Shown: one piece after another, positions 1 through 8,936 of the stretch
Layout of the letters: every line of letters starts with the position of its first letter
Position numbering within the stretch: position 1 is the first letter of the stretch
Sequence record: OP991903.1
Direction: 5' to 3' (one strand)
DNA length: 64,000 nt
Position numbers and translations under genes: made by a program
Notes under the pieces: model-generated
The model's database searches: none
What the model saw: only the letters and a program-made list of their open reading frames with translations
Told to the model about the DNA's origin: nothing

Positions 1-879
1 AACGGTACCTGGAAAGGCGAAGAAGTGGCACGCCTGTGTTCCGTGTCCTTCCCCGTGATGGATGAAGAGTACACCGGCGGTAAAGCCATCTACGGTAAGA
101 ACCTGGCGCGGGTCTCTGACAAAGAAGCTTTCTTCAAGCTGATTCGCCACATCCTGCCGGGTATCGACGAAGCCGACCTGCATTACAACTACGGGTCGAA
201 TTCACCGGTGGCTCCAAACTTCCATGCGTTAATGATGGCCTACAGCCGTGTGGCGAAAGACATCAACGCGCAGCTCAAAATCTTTGAGTCCTATAACCCG
301 GCGCTGAAAGCCTGGATTATCCCGACCAACTGGACGAAAGAGATGTCAATGTTGAACGATTACCGTTTAGACATTCCATCCTCTCTGCCGGGTAACGAAG
401 GGGAAGCGGACGAAGGGACGCTGAAGGAAGAGAAGGACCGTCTGGCCAAAGAGAAAGGGCGTGAAGAACGTCGTGAACTCCGTGACCAGCACAGCCGTGG
501 CGGAAACCGTTATACGGACAATCGTGGTAGCCGTGATGAACCTCGCCGTGCCTCTTGGGGTGGCGGACGTCGTGACGAACGTGACGATGACCGTGGTGGA
601 CGTGGTGGTAACTGGGGCGGACGTGGGCGTGATGACGACCGCGATGACCGCGACAGTCGTTACAGCCGTGACCGTGGTCGCAGCCGTGATGATTACGACG
701 ACCGCCGTGGTCGTGAACGTGACCGTGACGACCGCTATAGCCGTGACCGCGAAGATGACCGCGGGCGTGGACGCGATGATGCACGTGAAACCACCTCTTC
801 CGGTATCAGCCGTGACTGGGGTGAATCAGTACGTGATGACCGCAGTCGCGACCGTGGGCGCGGCGGCTGGCGTCGTTAA
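1..879 (+). CDS. 5'-truncated conserved protein with long R/D/G-rich low-complexity C-terminal tail (positional equivalent of phiKZ gp70 in the nvRNAP block)
   Basis: Frame 1 is open from base 1 to TAA at 877-879, so the gene starts upstream of the window; last ~140 aa are RD/RG repeats; followed by a strong terminator. Identity inferred from position only. Confidence 0.7.
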   Translation, partial: NGTWKGEEVARLCSVSFPVMDEEYTGGKAIYGKNLARVSDKEAFFKLIRHILPGIDEADLHYNYGSNSPVAPNFHALMMAYSRVAKDINAQLKIFESYNPALKAWIIPTNWTKEMSMLNDYRLDIPSSLPGNEGEADEGTLKEEKDRLAKEKGREERRELRDQHSRGGNRYTDNRGSRDEPRRASWGGGRRDERDDDRGGRGGNWGGRGRDDDRDDRDSRYSRDRGRSRDDYDDRRGRERDRDDRYSRDREDDRGRGRDDARETTSSGISRDWGESVRDDRSRDRGRGGWRR

Positions 880-883
880 CAGA

Positions 884-915
884 AAAGAGGGGCTTCGGCC
901 CCTCTTTCTTTTTTC
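884..915 (+). terminator. intrinsic terminator
   Basis: AAAGAGGGGC-TTCG-GCCCCTCTTT then T-tract. Confidence 0.9.
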
Positions 916-934
916 TTTCTTAGAGGACCCGAAC

Positions 935-1153
935 ATGGCAAAAGTACCCAAACCTAACCCGCTAAGGAAATCTCTCGACGACCTGATTAAGCAGGCGGAA
1001 ATTGACGCCAAAGAAATGCACCGGTTGCGCATGGAAACGCACTTGCGTAACGGGTTGGAGAATGGCGTTCCTATAGACAGCCTCTCTGCGGTATTCAATC
1101 TTTCTGTTGAAGAGATTCAACACTTTGAACAACACGGTCAATTAGAGGAATAA
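935..1153 (+). CDS. small protein (72 aa) with C-terminal HTH-like motif
   Basis: AGAGGA RBS then ATG 935 (MAKVPKPNPL...); C-terminus GVPIDSLSAVFNLSVEEIQHF. The ORF-track start at 461 is a shadow of the upstream gene. Confidence 0.7.
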   Translation: MAKVPKPNPLRKSLDDLIKQAEIDAKEMHRLRMETHLRNGLENGVPIDSLSAVFNLSVEEIQHFEQHGQLEE

Positions 1154-1156
1154 CCC

Positions 1157-1489
1157 GTGATTACCATCGAGCTATATTTGACACGCAAGGAAGTGATGGC
1201 TCTAAAAGCAAAAGGGATGACGGACAAGGAAATTGGTCGTCAGCTGGAAGTTGTTCCCTCCCTCATTCCCCAGATACTCTCGAAAGAGGTATTTGTTGAT
1301 TTTCGTTTGAGTTCAACGTCCCCCAAGAAAGGGGATGACTTTGGTGCATTGTTGAAGTCACTGGTTCCGGAAGAACGTGACCGTCAATTACGGGAACTGG
1401 TTTACTGTCGGGTTAAGAAGATGGGGTACCATTTCAGCCAGAAACGGCTGGACCAACTTTACGATACCGCACTCCGAAATGCAGAATAA
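1157..1489 (+). CDS. HTH DNA-binding protein (LuxR/sigma region 4-like)
   Basis: EVMALKAKGMTDKEIGRQLEVVPSLIPQIL fits an HTH pattern; RBS AGAGGA, GTG start. Confidence 0.6.
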   Translation: MITIELYLTRKEVMALKAKGMTDKEIGRQLEVVPSLIPQILSKEVFVDFRLSSTSPKKGDDFGALLKSLVPEERDRQLRELVYCRVKKMGYHFSQKRLDQLYDTALRNAE

Positions 1490-1491
1490 AA

Positions 1492-1516
1492 GAAGGGCTT
1501 GCGCCCTTCCTTTTTT
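1492..1516. terminator. terminator between convergent genes
   Basis: GAAGGGC-TTGC-GCCCTTC with A-tract before and T-tract after. Confidence 0.8.
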
Positions 1517-1543
1517 ACGCCGAGACCACATGGGATGTAGTAT

Positions 1544-1891
1544 TCACCCAATTCCTTTTGCGGTTTTGAACAGCTCCATAACCCGGTCAACCACTGCCGT
1601 TTTCGGTAAGTAGATTGCCTGGTTATCCGCCCCAAATTCTTGCGGTGAGGTCATGTGGTTGGTCCGCAGAATCACGTACCAGTATTGCGGTTGTTTGATT
1701 TCGTGTACGTCTCGCAGATAACCGTAGAAATCAGCTTCGTAACGATGGCGGTCAATATCCGCTACCGTCACTAATTCGGAGTTGGTGGTATCGCGAAACA
1801 GGTACATGTGGTCTTCAATGGTCGCGTACCATGATGGGCGGTAATACCAGGCTGAGCCCGGGTTTACCATGAGGGTGTTAACTTCGGACAT
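1544..1891 (-). CDS. hypothetical protein
   Basis: 115-aa ATG ORF filling the gap, divergent from the nvRNAP gene. Confidence 0.7.
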   Translation of the reverse strand: MSEVNTLMVNPGSAWYYRPSWYATIEDHMYLFRDTTNSELVTVADIDRHRYEADFYGYLRDVHEIKQPQYWYVILRTNHMTSPQEFGADNQAIYLPKTAVVDRVMELFKTAKGIG

Positions 1892-1938
1892 AACGCCACC
1901 TGTTCAACGGATGTGTTTAACCATACGGGAATTAAAGT

Positions 1939-1948
1939 ATATATTACC
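1939..1948 (+). promoter_or_regulatory. putative phage early promoter (TATTAC core)
   Basis: ATATATTACC in AT-rich context 35 nt before the nvRNAP beta gene; identical 10-mer at 44979; TATTAC is the described phiKZ early promoter core. Confidence 0.6.
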
Positions 1949-1982
1949 GTAGTGACAGTGTTCCAATACTAAGGAATTATCA

Positions 1983-4280
1983 ATGAGTACTCTAGCCAAT
2001 GAGAATCAACTCTATACCGAACTAACGGGACTGGCGTGTAACTTACTGCCATGGATGGGCGGTGTGTCAGCCTCGCGTTTGATAATGTGGGGTAGTCAGT
2101 TACCCCAAGCGTTGGTGATTGAAGGCTGTACCCGCGACCGGTTTTACACCGGAGTTGGCCGCGAGTATGGTAAGTATACCTGGAAGACCAAAATCAAAGA
2201 CCCAATGGACATCATTGAAAAAATCGAAAAGTTCAATGTTGGGCAAGGTCTTGGCGCTTTCACAACAAACCCACGCACCACGTACATCGTGTTTAACCGT
2301 AAGAAAGAAGAATACGATATCGTGCACGTGGACAAATACGTCTCGCATCATAACAATTTCGGATATGAGCAGAAGCTGAACCTCAAAGCATTGGAACAAG
2401 CCCACCGTGGTGGGGCATTCCAGGCTGGGGCAACGCTGGCGCAATCTCCGTCAATTGATGAATACGGCATCTGGCGTCCAGGTCTTCTGACGACAACTGC
2501 CACCATGTCCCATCCGTATACTACTGAAGACGGATTTGTGGTCATGGACGAATGGTGCGAACGAGCAAAATCTCGTGGCTTCGGTACCGTGGCAATTAAC
2601 GTACCGAAAGACCACTACCTGTTGAACGTGAACGGTACGATAGACCGTCAGAAACTTATCCCAGAACCGGGTGACAGGATTCGACAAGACGGTTTGTTGT
2701 TGGCAATGCGTAAACACGACGATATCCTGGGCGGTGTGGAGTTGTCGCCAAAAGAGATGATGGAACTCGATTACTTCTTCGATGAATTCGTCTACATTGA
2801 GGCGCACACCCGCAATGCTCGTGTGATTGACGTGGAAGTCTGGAAACCGGAAAACGACCCGCTGGAACAGCAGCCGACGCCGGAAGAACAAGGGATGACG
2901 CCAACCGATGACGTAACGCGTTTCGATAACGCCCGTCGTCAGTATCACAAGCGTATCCTGGACGCCTACGATAAAATCATCCGTGACAACCGTAAGGTCA
3001 ACAAGACGCCGAAGTTCTCTAAGAAGTTCTCGCGTCTGATTCGTGACTCTGCGGGTGCCACCAGTGAGATGCCAGGGCTGGGTCGCCTGAAGCTGGTCCC
3101 TAACTACAACGGCCAGCAGCTGAACACCTGCCGTATCGTCATCAAATACACCTACGACGTCGTACCAACCATCGGGTTCAAAGCAACCGGGTGCTGGGGT
3201 GACAAAGGGGTTATTTGTAAAGTGCTGAAGCGCGAACAAATGCCGATGGACCAATACGGTGTGGTGGCTGAAGTGTTGTCTGCTCCTGTTGTCTCTATTA
3301 ACCGTATGAACCCGCCGAAAGTGTTCGAGCAGTATTACAACTTCCAGTGTATGCGCATGGAAGAACGCGTCCGTGAAATGATTAAACGTGACAGTTCTGA
3401 CGACGGCTATCGGGAAGCGTATAAACTGCTGATGTCGTTCTACGAAGTGTTGTCCAAACCGTTCTACGATAAGTTGATTGAGTTCAACGGGATGGGTAAC
3501 GACATTCGCCGCGTGAAGCGTCATGTGAACTCGGTCGTTGAAGACATGATGTACATTTACTTACCGTCCCACACTCAGAACATCGGGGTGGAAGGCGTAG
3601 GTGACATCGAAGACCGGTTCCCGTCAGATTACGGTCCGGTAACGTTTTACAACGAGAAGGGTGACCTCCGCCGTACACGCAGCAAGATTCGTATCGGTGC
3701 TAACTACATGATTGTCCTGGAGAAAACGGGTCACGACTGGTCCGCCGTCGATGCACCGCGTCGCCAGGTTCATGGGGTTCCGGCGAAGATGTCGCAGAAA
3801 GACCGCCATGCACTCCCGTGGCGTTATCAGGCAATCCGTCTGATGGGTGAGGCCGAGGTACGTAACCAGGCAGGTATTCTGGGTGGCGAGTATATGGCCG
3901 ACCAGGTAGACCGTCCGAACAACCCGAAAGCCTTGTATCAAATCTTCAGTAACATCATGAACACAGACCGCCCAACTGACATTGAGCGTGTGGTGGACCG
4001 TGAAGAGATTCCGGTCGGGAATTCCCTGGCATTGAGTTACCTGAACAACACGATGTATTGCGCAGGCGCTCAGTTTGCGTACTTCGACGTGGACCGTTTA
4101 GGGATTCCGCCTGATGTGGCTCAACCGGTGGCAGTACCAATTGACCCGGAAGAAGAAGCTGAAGAGGAAGAAGACGACATCGTTCCTGAGGATAGCGTGG
4201 TTGAAACGGAAGAAGAGTCCAGTGAAGACGACGACTCCGAAGACGACAGCGACGACGACTATTCCGATGAAGAGGAGTAA
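1983..4280 (+). CDS. non-virion RNA polymerase beta subunit, C-terminal part (phiKZ gp71-73-like)
   Basis: TIGFKATGCWGDKGVICKV matches beta GDK...GNKG with both lysines; INRMNPPKVFEQ; synteny with beta'-C and SF2 helicase; acidic C-tail. Confidence 0.9.
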   Translation: MSTLANENQLYTELTGLACNLLPWMGGVSASRLIMWGSQLPQALVIEGCTRDRFYTGVGREYGKYTWKTKIKDPMDIIEKIEKFNVGQGLGAFTTNPRTTYIVFNRKKEEYDIVHVDKYVSHHNNFGYEQKLNLKALEQAHRGGAFQAGATLAQSPSIDEYGIWRPGLLTTTATMSHPYTTEDGFVVMDEWCERAKSRGFGTVAINVPKDHYLLNVNGTIDRQKLIPEPGDRIRQDGLLLAMRKHDDILGGVELSPKEMMELDYFFDEFVYIEAHTRNARVIDVEVWKPENDPLEQQPTPEEQGMTPTDDVTRFDNARRQYHKRILDAYDKIIRDNRKVNKTPKFSKKFSRLIRDSAGATSEMPGLGRLKLVPNYNGQQLNTCRIVIKYTYDVVPTIGFKATGCWGDKGVICKVLKREQMPMDQYGVVAEVLSAPVVSINRMNPPKVFEQYYNFQCMRMEERVREMIKRDSSDDGYREAYKLLMSFYEVLSKPFYDKLIEFNGMGNDIRRVKRHVNSVVEDMMYIYLPSHTQNIGVEGVGDIEDRFPSDYGPVTFYNEKGDLRRTRSKIRIGANYMIVLEKTGHDWSAVDAPRRQVHGVPAKMSQKDRHALPWRYQAIRLMGEAEVRNQAGILGGEYMADQVDRPNNPKALYQIFSNIMNTDRPTDIERVVDREEIPVGNSLALSYLNNTMYCAGAQFAYFDVDRLGIPPDVAQPVAVPIDPEEEAEEEEDDIVPEDSVVETEEESSEDDDSEDDSDDDYSDEEE

Positions 4281-4282
4281 GA

Positions 4283-6271
4283 ATGCGCACTTTCTACGCC
4301 GATGATATTCTGCATTGGAGTGAGCGACAAATATGGGCACGGCTCGATGACCTCGAGCCAATCGCCCTAATCTTTGCCGACGGGGAAATCATTGCCGACT
4401 TCCCACAAACCTTAATCAGTTGGTATTTCTGGGAGTATCATCGTCAGTACCCGTCGATACCGCTCTGCATTAAGAACCACGTCTACGGTGAACCGTTGAG
4501 TAAAGGTCTGGAGAACAAGCTGCACCAACGTGCTGCTGAACAGGTCTATGCGGAGTATCCGCTGGAAGACCGCCAGAACGTTTACAAAATCAACGCCGGG
4601 ATAACGCAGGCGCTGCACAATGCGATTGCAACCGATGGCGAAGAGTTCCAAACCACACTCGACGCCCTCGACTTTCTGGAGATTCACCGTCATCCACAAT
4701 TGAAGGAGATTCGTGAACGGCCGATAACCGGGAAACGTGATATCTCGAACGGCTATAAAGAGTTCGTGTATATCCTGTCCCATGACCCGAGCCTGAACCA
4801 CAATAACCTGGCCATTCCACACCGTAACTCGATGACCAAAACCGGTCAGCTGTTACAGGTGGTCGACAAGGTGGGCTTCCGTAGCGAGATTAACCAGCGT
4901 ATCTTCGTTAACCCGATTCCGGTTGGGTTCTCGGAACACCTGAAACGACTGTCCTTCTCCGCAATGGACCGTTGCTCTGCTGCACAAGCCCAGTTAGCCA
5001 CGAGTGAACCGGTTAAACGTACTGAGTACTATAACCGCGAACTTCAGCTGATAACCTACGTCGTCCACGGTGTTGACCAGCAGGACTGTGGGTCGAAAGA
5101 AACCATCCCGTGGAAAGTCACGAAGGATGACCTGGAACACGTCTTACCGGGCAAGTATTACTTTGACCGGGACGGCGATTTGAAGATGGTGCGCGGTAAA
5201 GGTTACGATAACCACTTGGTGGGTACCGTGATTCGAATGCGTACCCCGTCGAAGTGCCAGCATCCAGAAGACGGTGTGGTGTGTAAGTATTGTCTTTGTG
5301 AGAATGCGTCGCGGGTACAGGACGACACCAACCCTGGTTTCGCCCTGACGGTTACCCAGAACGAAGCCGTATCACAGGACGTTATTTCCACCAAACACCA
5401 CCTGGTCTCTGCGGAGTCGGAATCTTACGTGATTCATGACCACGAACTGAAGTATATCTCCAACCTCGGTGACGATAAGGAGATAACGCTTTCCAGGGAC
5501 CTTTGGGGCAAGCACGTTAAAGTCCGTTTCGATGTGAGTGACATTTTCCGTCTGGCAGATATCTCCATCTTTAACGAACTGAAAGACGGTGACTTGTCCC
5601 GTATCTCCACGATTAAGGAAATTGTTCTCGTTATTGATAACGGGGATAAGAACCAGAAAATGGACATCGTCCCTGTCAGCCGTGGCTCCTACCGCCCATT
5701 CCTGACCAAAGAGTTCCTCCAATATATGCGCGACTTTGGTTTCCAAACCGTCGGCAAATATATTGAGGTTGACCTGATGAACTGGGACAACGCAGAAATC
5801 ATCCTGCGCTTCCCGGAACGCCGTGGCTCAACCCTGGAGCAAATGGAAGAGTTGAAATCAGTCATCTTCATGTCGTCGGATATCGGTAAAGAATTACTAC
5901 GCCGAGACCTGACTGACCCTGTGAACTTGGCCGGTGCAATTCGACTGGTGTGTGACATGACCAACCGTAAGTTCTCGGTCAACTTGGGTATTGTGGAACT
6001 GGTGTTGTACTGCATGATGGGTCGTGACCCGAAAAACGGAGACTTCCGTCTGCCGAAGCTCGGGACCGGGATTCACTTTGCACCACAAACCCGCATCATG
6101 AGCGGTCGTAGTTTGTCTGCGAAAGCGGCGTACGAACGACAGTTCGAGATGATAGCTGACCCGAAATCTTACATTCACCGCATTCGTCCTAACCATTCAT
6201 TTGACCCACTGTTCTTGAACATCAAGAAGTGGAATCAGTACTGGCAGACGAAAGGGGTGAAAGTGGTCTAG
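4283..6271 (+). CDS. non-virion RNA polymerase beta' subunit, C-terminal part (phiKZ gp74-like)
   Basis: Bridge-helix-like region then DCGSKE, MRTPSKC, CKYC zinc ligands and trigger-loop-like VSQDVISTKHH. Confidence 0.88.
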   Translation: MRTFYADDILHWSERQIWARLDDLEPIALIFADGEIIADFPQTLISWYFWEYHRQYPSIPLCIKNHVYGEPLSKGLENKLHQRAAEQVYAEYPLEDRQNVYKINAGITQALHNAIATDGEEFQTTLDALDFLEIHRHPQLKEIRERPITGKRDISNGYKEFVYILSHDPSLNHNNLAIPHRNSMTKTGQLLQVVDKVGFRSEINQRIFVNPIPVGFSEHLKRLSFSAMDRCSAAQAQLATSEPVKRTEYYNRELQLITYVVHGVDQQDCGSKETIPWKVTKDDLEHVLPGKYYFDRDGDLKMVRGKGYDNHLVGTVIRMRTPSKCQHPEDGVVCKYCLCENASRVQDDTNPGFALTVTQNEAVSQDVISTKHHLVSAESESYVIHDHELKYISNLGDDKEITLSRDLWGKHVKVRFDVSDIFRLADISIFNELKDGDLSRISTIKEIVLVIDNGDKNQKMDIVPVSRGSYRPFLTKEFLQYMRDFGFQTVGKYIEVDLMNWDNAEIILRFPERRGSTLEQMEELKSVIFMSSDIGKELLRRDLTDPVNLAGAIRLVCDMTNRKFSVNLGIVELVLYCMMGRDPKNGDFRLPKLGTGIHFAPQTRIMSGRSLSAKAAYERQFEMIADPKSYIHRIRPNHSFDPLFLNIKKWNQYWQTKGVKVV

Positions 6272-6280
6272 GGAGACTAA

Positions 6281-7801
6281 ATGGTTGAGGGCGTACTGGA
6301 GTTCTACAGCCACTTCTATACGGTCAATCCCGTGGGTCCCAGGATGCGTGTGGCATTGCGCGAATGGCTCACGGGGTTGATTGAAAAGAAGCTGACGAAG
6401 AAACGCGGTAAGTTCTACATGGAACCGCACTGTGTGTACGCGGCTAAGTCGCCAAAGCACGGGCGGTACCACCTCCACCGTAACGAATGGGAGTTGTTTC
6501 ACGACCATCTCAAGAAGCACGGGATTCAGGACACCTCGCTGGACTTTCGCTACCATGAACCGGTAGCCGGAGCCCGCGTGGAACTGGACATGGGGGAATG
6601 GGTGCCCTGGGATAACCAGGTGCCCGTTATTGACTTCGCGTTTCGTGGGGACCGACAAACCTGTATCACCACTCAGCCAGGCGGCGGTAAGACACTGATG
6701 TTTCTCTTTATCGCCGCTCGTTTCGGTCAGCGCTTTGCCGTGCAGACCAAAGGCGGTTACGAAGGACGATGGCTGGAGGCGTTTTATAAACACCTCTCGC
6801 TTACGCCCGACGAGATTCGCAGCTGCTGTGGTGCGGCACGGTTGTACCAATTGATTCGGGAGAAAAAGAAGAAGGGGTTAGACGGCGTCAAAGCCATCTT
6901 TATCTCTAACGGGGCGATTCGTACCTACATCAACAACTACGAGTCCGGCGCAGATGCTGGAACCGGGGCTGAGGATGTCCCACCTTGGGAGCTCTACGAG
7001 TTTCTGGGGATTGGGTTACGCGGTACCGATGAAACCCACCAGGAGTATCACGCGAACTACATCGCTGACTTGTACACTCACATGCCAATGACCGTGTACC
7101 TAACCGGTACATTGTTCCCACGCGATGAGTTCATCAAGCGCGTGTACGAAACCATGCTCCCGCACCGTATCCGTAAGGAAGCAGCGGAACTGCGTGTTTA
7201 CGCAGACATGGTGGAAGTGTTCTATAACGTGAAAGACCCTCGGCTGTTTGAGAACTTCAACAAACAGTCGGTGTACTCGCACAACGAGTACGAGAAGGTT
7301 ATCATGCGTCACCCGGAGATGATGCAACGGTATCTGGACGCCGTCTACAACTACGCACTGGACAAGTGGGTACTGGAGAAGGAAGAAGGGACCAAGTTAC
7401 TTATCTTCACCGGGCTGGTCGAAATGGGCCAACACCTTCTGGAGTACTTCCGTAGAAAGCTACCGGACTTAATCATTAACTCGTTTAATGCCGGTGACGA
7501 CTATACGGTCCTGGAAGAATCGGACATCATCTTCTCAACGGTCATCAAGGCCGGTACAGCGGTTGATATCCCAGACCTGACGCAGGTGCACAACACCGTG
7601 TCGTCAGACTCCCCGAACCAAAACGTACAGTGCCTCGGTCGTCTACGTGAGCTACCGAAGCGACCCAACGTTCAAGTTGAATACCACGCGTACATCTGTG
7701 AGGATATTCCCAAACAGGTCACGTACGGTAAACGACGACAGACGTTGTTTAAAAGTCGCATCAAGCGAACGCGTCAGGCGCGGCTGGGACGTTTAATCTA
7801 G
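6281..7801 (+). CDS. superfamily 2 (DExH) helicase (phiKZ gp75-like)
   Basis: Walker A QPGGGKT, Walker B DETH, motif III LTGT, motif V GTAVDIPDL, motif VI QCLGRLR. Confidence 0.9.
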   Translation: MVEGVLEFYSHFYTVNPVGPRMRVALREWLTGLIEKKLTKKRGKFYMEPHCVYAAKSPKHGRYHLHRNEWELFHDHLKKHGIQDTSLDFRYHEPVAGARVELDMGEWVPWDNQVPVIDFAFRGDRQTCITTQPGGGKTLMFLFIAARFGQRFAVQTKGGYEGRWLEAFYKHLSLTPDEIRSCCGAARLYQLIREKKKKGLDGVKAIFISNGAIRTYINNYESGADAGTGAEDVPPWELYEFLGIGLRGTDETHQEYHANYIADLYTHMPMTVYLTGTLFPRDEFIKRVYETMLPHRIRKEAAELRVYADMVEVFYNVKDPRLFENFNKQSVYSHNEYEKVIMRHPEMMQRYLDAVYNYALDKWVLEKEEGTKLLIFTGLVEMGQHLLEYFRRKLPDLIINSFNAGDDYTVLEESDIIFSTVIKAGTAVDIPDLTQVHNTVSSDSPNQNVQCLGRLRELPKRPNVQVEYHAYICEDIPKQVTYGKRRQTLFKSRIKRTRQARLGRLI

Positions 7802-7805
7802 CGTG

Positions 7806-7836
7806 GCCACCAGGGGGGAACCTCTGGTGGCTTCTA
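7806..7836 (+). terminator. hairpin / possible terminator
   Basis: GCCACCAGGGG-GGAA-CCTCTGGTGGC, weak T-tract. Confidence 0.55.
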
Positions 7837-7865
7837 TTCCCTCCACGGGATAAGGAGTTTTTCTT

Positions 7866-8384
7866 TTGTCTGCGAACACTAACTACTTCATCTGGCGGTT
7901 CTTTGGGATTCTGCTCTACCCACTGTACGCACTGTTCTGCCATCTCCGTTTCCGTAAACGGGCCTATCAATTAACTTGTCTGGTGAACGACCTGGCTAAC
8001 ACCTACGACACCAACCGCCGCGGTCAGATTGCTCACCAGATACTGAAACTGGTCTATCGCGACACTGGGGATACGGACACACGTTGCACCTTTGATTTTG
8101 CAGCGGTCAGTTACCTGACTACCCACGCCCCCTGGCTCGCTATCCGCTGTAACCTGGAAGAACGCAAAGTCGTGTTGGCAACCCGCCAAGGTGACCTGGT
8201 CCTGTGTGAGAAGTTCCAGTATCTCTACCAGCCCGATTTCTTCTACGTCGACAAGTGCTTTAAAGATGTCAACGACCGGATTCGGGAGGCGAACAAAGAG
8301 CTGCGTGTTGCTGCTGAGGTGAACCGTAAAATCATGGCACTCCTGATTTACTTCATCATGCTCAACATCACCCGCCGCCCTTGA
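7866..8384 (+). CDS. hypothetical protein with N-terminal hydrophobic segment
   Basis: TAAGGAG RBS 8 nt before TTG start; FIWRFFGILLYPLYALFC segment. Confidence 0.65.
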   Translation: MSANTNYFIWRFFGILLYPLYALFCHLRFRKRAYQLTCLVNDLANTYDTNRRGQIAHQILKLVYRDTGDTDTRCTFDFAAVSYLTTHAPWLAIRCNLEERKVVLATRQGDLVLCEKFQYLYQPDFFYVDKCFKDVNDRIREANKELRVAAEVNRKIMALLIYFIMLNITRRP

Positions 8385-8414
8385 GTTATTTTTTACTTGG
8401 ACTCCACTCTGTAT

Positions 8415-8525
8415 GCGTAGAGATTACAAAGCACATTTGTCGGGGTCCGATACCATCACGAAAGCCAACGATACGTGGTGGGAAATTTAACCGAAAGTAG
8501 GGGCGTTTTGCCCCTACTTATTTTT
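8415..8525 (+). ncRNA. candidate small structured RNA
   Basis: TATG (late-promoter-like) at 8412-8415, three hairpins, then terminator 8495-8519; inference only. Confidence 0.3.
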
Positions 8526-8526
8526 T
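8495..8526 (+). terminator. intrinsic terminator
   Basis: AAGTAGGGGC-GTTTT-GCCCCTACTT then ATTTTTT. Confidence 0.85.
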
Positions 8527-8543
8527 CTTTCAAAGGGTTAGCC

Positions 8544-8936
8544 ATGAACATTGAACAATTGTCGCAAACCTTCTCCGCCCCATCAGAAGGTATCCACTGT
8601 ATTCAGATGCAATGCTCCCGTAACTTCATTGAAGAAGTGTTTGAGTTTACGCACGTCGTTGAAACGGAAGACGCCCTCAAGCGCTTGATGGAGCATTACA
8701 CACCCATTAGCCTAATCAGTCAAAGTCACATGACCGCAGACGGAAAGATTTCGTATCCCGCCGCCGTTTTAATGAAATGGAAACCCGGTATGTTTCTGCA
8801 AGAAGGTGAATGGTTCAACACCAGTTTCGAAGTCATTGGCGGTAGCACCATTAAACTCTTAATAGAAAAAATCAAGGAGAAGTTAGAAAGTGGCAATCAT
8901 CAGGAAGCTCAAGAACCAGAACATCTGGGACACTGA
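8544..8936 (+). CDS. hypothetical protein
   Basis: ATG 8544 after AAGGG (the ORF-track GTG 8475 lies upstream of the terminator); 130 aa. Confidence 0.7.
   Translation: MNIEQLSQTFSAPSEGIHCIQMQCSRNFIEEVFEFTHVVETEDALKRLMEHYTPISLISQSHMTADGKISYPAAVLMKWKPGMFLQEGEWFNTSFEVIGGSTIKLLIEKIKEKLESGNHQEAQEPEHLGH

Noticed and set aside
317-934. His-rich 155-aa minus ORF and Val/Thr-rich 5' part of the 461..1153 ORF
   Set aside because: Alternate-frame shadows of the RD/RG repeat region; the plus-strand one runs through a terminator, and the real gene starts at 935 with an RBS.
1983-4280. Intron or intein in the nvRNAP beta-C gene, as in phiKZ gp71-73
   Set aside because: Single uninterrupted ORF with no HNH/LAGLIDADG or intein splice motifs visible.
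8401-8408. ACTCCACT shared between the sRNA candidate's upstream region and 44783-44790
   Set aside because: An 8-mer match is expected by chance in 64 kb, and the contexts differ.
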